A program made the translations under genes and the position numbers. Under the pieces are notes generated by a model. The model had not been told where the DNA came from and did no database searches. It worked only from the letters and a program-made list of their open reading frames with translations. From Candidatus Poribacteria bacterium (GTDB taxonomy: Bacteria > Poribacteria > WGA-4E > PCPOR2b), in NCBI GenBank assembly GCA_965116925.1, contig OZ220744.1:3488001-3552000 (forward strand): 64,000 nucleotides of DNA, written 5' to 3'. Positions 61,110 through 64,000 of the stretch are shown in pieces (within the stretch, counting starts at the first letter, position 1; each line of letters begins with the position of its first letter).

Positions 61110-63323
61110 ATGAAAATCACGGCGACACTCCTGATAATTTTGGTTCTGTTTTTACCGAACACCTCCGCCCAAGACTACACACAATGGGGACTACCCGAAG
61201 GTGCGATTGCGCGGCTCGGTAAGGGCAGTGCAGAGGCGGTTCTGTATTCTCCCGATGGCACTCGGCTTGCTGTTGTCAGCACCATCGGTATCTGGCTCTA
61301 TGATACAACGAGTTATCGAGAGGTTGCGCTGCTCGACGCGGATACAAGTAGGAGCACAAGCGTCGTGTTCAGCCCCGATGGGGTGACACTTGCCGGTTGG
61401 AATAGGGCTGGGACGGTGCAGCTGTGGGACACCGAGACAGGTGAACCGAAGGAGGCACTCATCGGGTATACGGAGGGAGTCGATAGCGTAGCGTTCAGCC
61501 CAGATGGGGTGACGCTTGCCGGTTGGACTTGGGAGTGTACGGTGCGGTTATGGGATACCGAGACAGGTGAACAGAAGGGGACACTCAGGGCGGAGGAACA
61601 GAAGGATGCATACACCATGTATTTCCCTCGTGCTAATAATAGTATCGTGTTCAGCCCGGATGGGAGAACGCTTGCCAGTACGGGTTATGATAAGACAGTG
61701 CAGTTGTGGGATGTCGGGACGGGTGAACTGAAGGGGACACTCACCGGGCATCCGTACGGAGCCAATAGCGTCGTGTTCAGCCCGGATAGCAAGGTGTTTG
61801 CCAGTGGGAGTGGGGGTGATACGGTGCGGTTATGGGATACTGAGACGGGTGAACTGAAAAGGACACTCAGGGCGGAGGAACAGAAGGATACACCCGTTGT
61901 CTATTCGAACAAGGTGCATAGGGCGGCGTTCAGCCCGGATGGGAAGACACTTGCCGCTTGGACTAGGCGGAATACGGTGCAGTTGTGGGATACCGAGACA
62001 GGTGAACATAAACGGACATTCACTGGCGATTGGGATTATGTCTCAAGCGTGGTGTTCAGCCCGGATGGTAAAACGCTTGCCGGCGGGAGTGAGAACAATA
62101 CGGTATGGCTGTGGGATACCGAGACGAGTGAACTGAAAAAGGTACTCCGGGCGGGCGAACAGACGGTAACACATGCCGAGATTGGGGGCAGAGTCAAAAG
62201 CGTCGTGTTTAGTCCGGATGGCACGACCCTTGCCAGTATGAGCTGGGGCAAGACGGTGCTATTGTGGGACACGGAGACGTGGGAACAGAAGGGTAAACTC
62301 ACCGGGTATATGGATTGGGTAAAGAACGTCGTGTTCAGCCCGGATGGCACGACCCTTGCCAGTTGGAGTTACGCTGGTCCCCTAAGGTTGTGGAATACCG
62401 AGAGGTGGGAACGGAAAGGGACGCTCACCAGCTATACAAGAGATTCAATCGGAAGCGTATCGTTCAGCCCGGAGGGCATTACGGTTGCCAGTAGTGGCAC
62501 GCACGCCAGGGGCGTGCTGTTGTGGGATGCTGTTACGGGTGAACTGAAGGCGACGCTCTCCGGGCATACGAATTACATCTTGAGTATGGCGTTTAGTCCA
62601 GATGGCAAGACGCTCGCCAGCGGAGGTCGGGACAAGACGGTGCGGTTGTGGGATACCGAGACGGGTGAGCATAGAGATACACTCACCGGGCATACAGAAG
62701 GGGTTAGAAGTGTAACGTTTAGCCCGGACGGAAGTATTCTTGCGATTAAGGGGACCGATAGGACGTTGTGGTTGTGGGATACCACGACGTGGGAACAGAA
62801 GGCGACACTCACCGGGCATACGGGAGTTGTCACAAGCGTGGCGTTCAATGCTGATGGCAGGACGCTCGCCAGCGGGAGTTGGGACACTACGGTGGTGTTG
62901 TGGGATGCTGTTACGGGTGAACTGAAGGCGATGCTCACCGGGCATACAGATCGGATCTGGAGCGTAACGTTTAGTCCAGATGGCAGGACGCTTGCCAGTG
63001 GGAGTGACGACTGCACGGTGCGGTTGTGGGATACCGAAACGGGTGAACTGAAGGCGATATTCACGACGGATGAAAAACAGGAGAGGATCATCAGCCTACC
63101 TATGGCTAGAATCACAAGCGTCGCGATCAGCCCAGATGGGGTGACCCTTGCCAGTGAGAGTGAGGATGATACGGTACAGTTGTGGGATACCGAGACCGGT
63201 GAACTGAAGGCGATACTCACCGGGCATATGAGTGGGGTCTTGAGCGTCGCGTTCAGCCCGGATGGCAAGACGCTTGCCAGTGGGGGTTGGGACGGGACGG
63301 TGCTCGTGTGGAAAGTTGATTAG
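61110..63323 (+). CDS. Secreted WD40-repeat protein
   Basis: QDYTQWGLPEGAIARLGKG N-terminus; many WD40 repeats. Confidence 0.95.
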   Translation: MKITATLLIILVLFLPNTSAQDYTQWGLPEGAIARLGKGSAEAVLYSPDGTRLAVVSTIGIWLYDTTSYREVALLDADTSRSTSVVFSPDGVTLAGWNRAGTVQLWDTETGEPKEALIGYTEGVDSVAFSPDGVTLAGWTWECTVRLWDTETGEQKGTLRAEEQKDAYTMYFPRANNSIVFSPDGRTLASTGYDKTVQLWDVGTGELKGTLTGHPYGANSVVFSPDSKVFASGSGGDTVRLWDTETGELKRTLRAEEQKDTPVVYSNKVHRAAFSPDGKTLAAWTRRNTVQLWDTETGEHKRTFTGDWDYVSSVVFSPDGKTLAGGSENNTVWLWDTETSELKKVLRAGEQTVTHAEIGGRVKSVVFSPDGTTLASMSWGKTVLLWDTETWEQKGKLTGYMDWVKNVVFSPDGTTLASWSYAGPLRLWNTERWERKGTLTSYTRDSIGSVSFSPEGITVASSGTHARGVLLWDAVTGELKATLSGHTNYILSMAFSPDGKTLASGGRDKTVRLWDTETGEHRDTLTGHTEGVRSVTFSPDGSILAIKGTDRTLWLWDTTTWEQKATLTGHTGVVTSVAFNADGRTLASGSWDTTVVLWDAVTGELKAMLTGHTDRIWSVTFSPDGRTLASGSDDCTVRLWDTETGELKAIFTTDEKQERIISLPMARITSVAISPDGVTLASESEDDTVQLWDTETGELKAILTGHMSGVLSVAFSPDGKTLASGGWDGTVLVWKVD

Positions 63324-63484
63324 TTCATTGGTTCATTAAAAGTGGTCTTTTGTACCAGCCCGCAGGCCCGGTAGGTGCGGTTTGTAACCGCACCGAATCG
63401 GCGCAGTTGGAAACAGCGCCTACCAAACACTAGATAACTGTGCGGGCGAGGCGACCTCGCCCCTACGAAGAGGGAGGATTTCAG

Positions 63485-64000
63485 ATGAAAATAACAGCGA
63501 CGTTACTTACGCTTTTGGTTCTATTTTTACAGAATACCCACGCCCAAGAGTCCATGCAATGGGCTTTGCCCGAAGGTGCGGTTGCGCGCCTCGGAAAAGG
63601 AGTGCTAAAGGGGATACGGTATTCTCCTGACCGCACTCGTTTCGTGGTTACGAGTTCCATCGGTATTTGGCTTTACGATGCAGCAACCTATCGGCGAGTT
63701 GCGTTACTCATCGGGCATACGGGTCAACTCAACAGCGTTGCTTTCAGTCCAGATGGGAAAACTATCGCTACTGGAGGTTCCGACAAAACGGCGCGATTGT
63801 GGAGCGCCACAACGGGGGAACACATAGCAACCCTCACCGGGCATACGGCCGGTGTTGCGAGCGTAGCGTTCAGCCCAGATGGGAACACTATTGTTACTGG
63901 GGGTTCCGACAAAACGGTGCGGTTGTGGGATGCCAAAACGGCGACACACAAGCGAATACTCAAACGATACACATCGGCCGTTCGCCGTGTATTTTTTAGT
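63485..64000 (+). CDS. Secreted WD40-repeat protein (partial, runs off the window)
   Basis: MKITATLLTLLVLFLQNTHAQESMQWALPEGAVARLGKG, followed by WD40 repeats. Confidence 0.85.
   Translation, partial: MKITATLLTLLVLFLQNTHAQESMQWALPEGAVARLGKGVLKGIRYSPDRTRFVVTSSIGIWLYDAATYRRVALLIGHTGQLNSVAFSPDGKTIATGGSDKTARLWSATTGEHIATLTGHTAGVASVAFSPDGNTIVTGGSDKTVRLWDAKTATHKRILKRYTSAVRRVFFS

Noticed and set aside
1..64000. tRNA or rRNA genes
   Set aside because: None recognised by eye; a tRNAscan/Infernal run is needed to be certain.

Overview
Bacterial genomic window. The gene content and REP load suggest a Candidatus Poribacteria-like host (inference from WD40 and LRR expansions, a dockerin plus 'PNYPNPFNP' C-terminal sorting-domain protein, and dense GTAG-type REP palindromes). 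Layout: (1) 0.2-15.3 kb, a co-oriented glycan synthesis/modification cluster (nucleotidyltransferase, 2 epimerase/reductases, 2 Stf0 sulfotransferases, 3 paralogous DxD proteins, a GT-B enzyme, a GHMP sugar kinase). (2) 16.7-34.3 kb, a podovirus-type morphogenesis set in canonical order (TerL, portal, scaffold, major capsid, cement, adaptor, nozzle, 2 internal-virion-like proteins, TerS-like HTH). All of these ORFs are intact, yet host-type genes, REPs and MITEs interrupt nearly every junction. No integrase, lysis or tail-fibre gene was recognised. A DnaA-box array precedes the set. This is the lead candidate for a domesticated phage-derived particle (GTA-like or cargo-delivery) system. (3) 34.7-44.4 kb, a shuffled cassette array of HEXXH metallopeptidase-like genes, five paralogous immunity-like lipoproteins and four LRR lipoproteins. 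(4) 44.5-56.6 kb, a TA/defence island (PIN, AAA ATPase, GNAT-PIN-PUA + ASCH, MNT-HEPN, HicAB, Apea-HEPN, DUF3800 with a tandem 3' repeat) interleaved with a phage-like origin, a Rep-like HTH gene and a cI/LexA switch. (5) 56.8-64 kb, five tandem secreted WD40 proteins. All product calls come from motif recognition by eye; no database searches were run.
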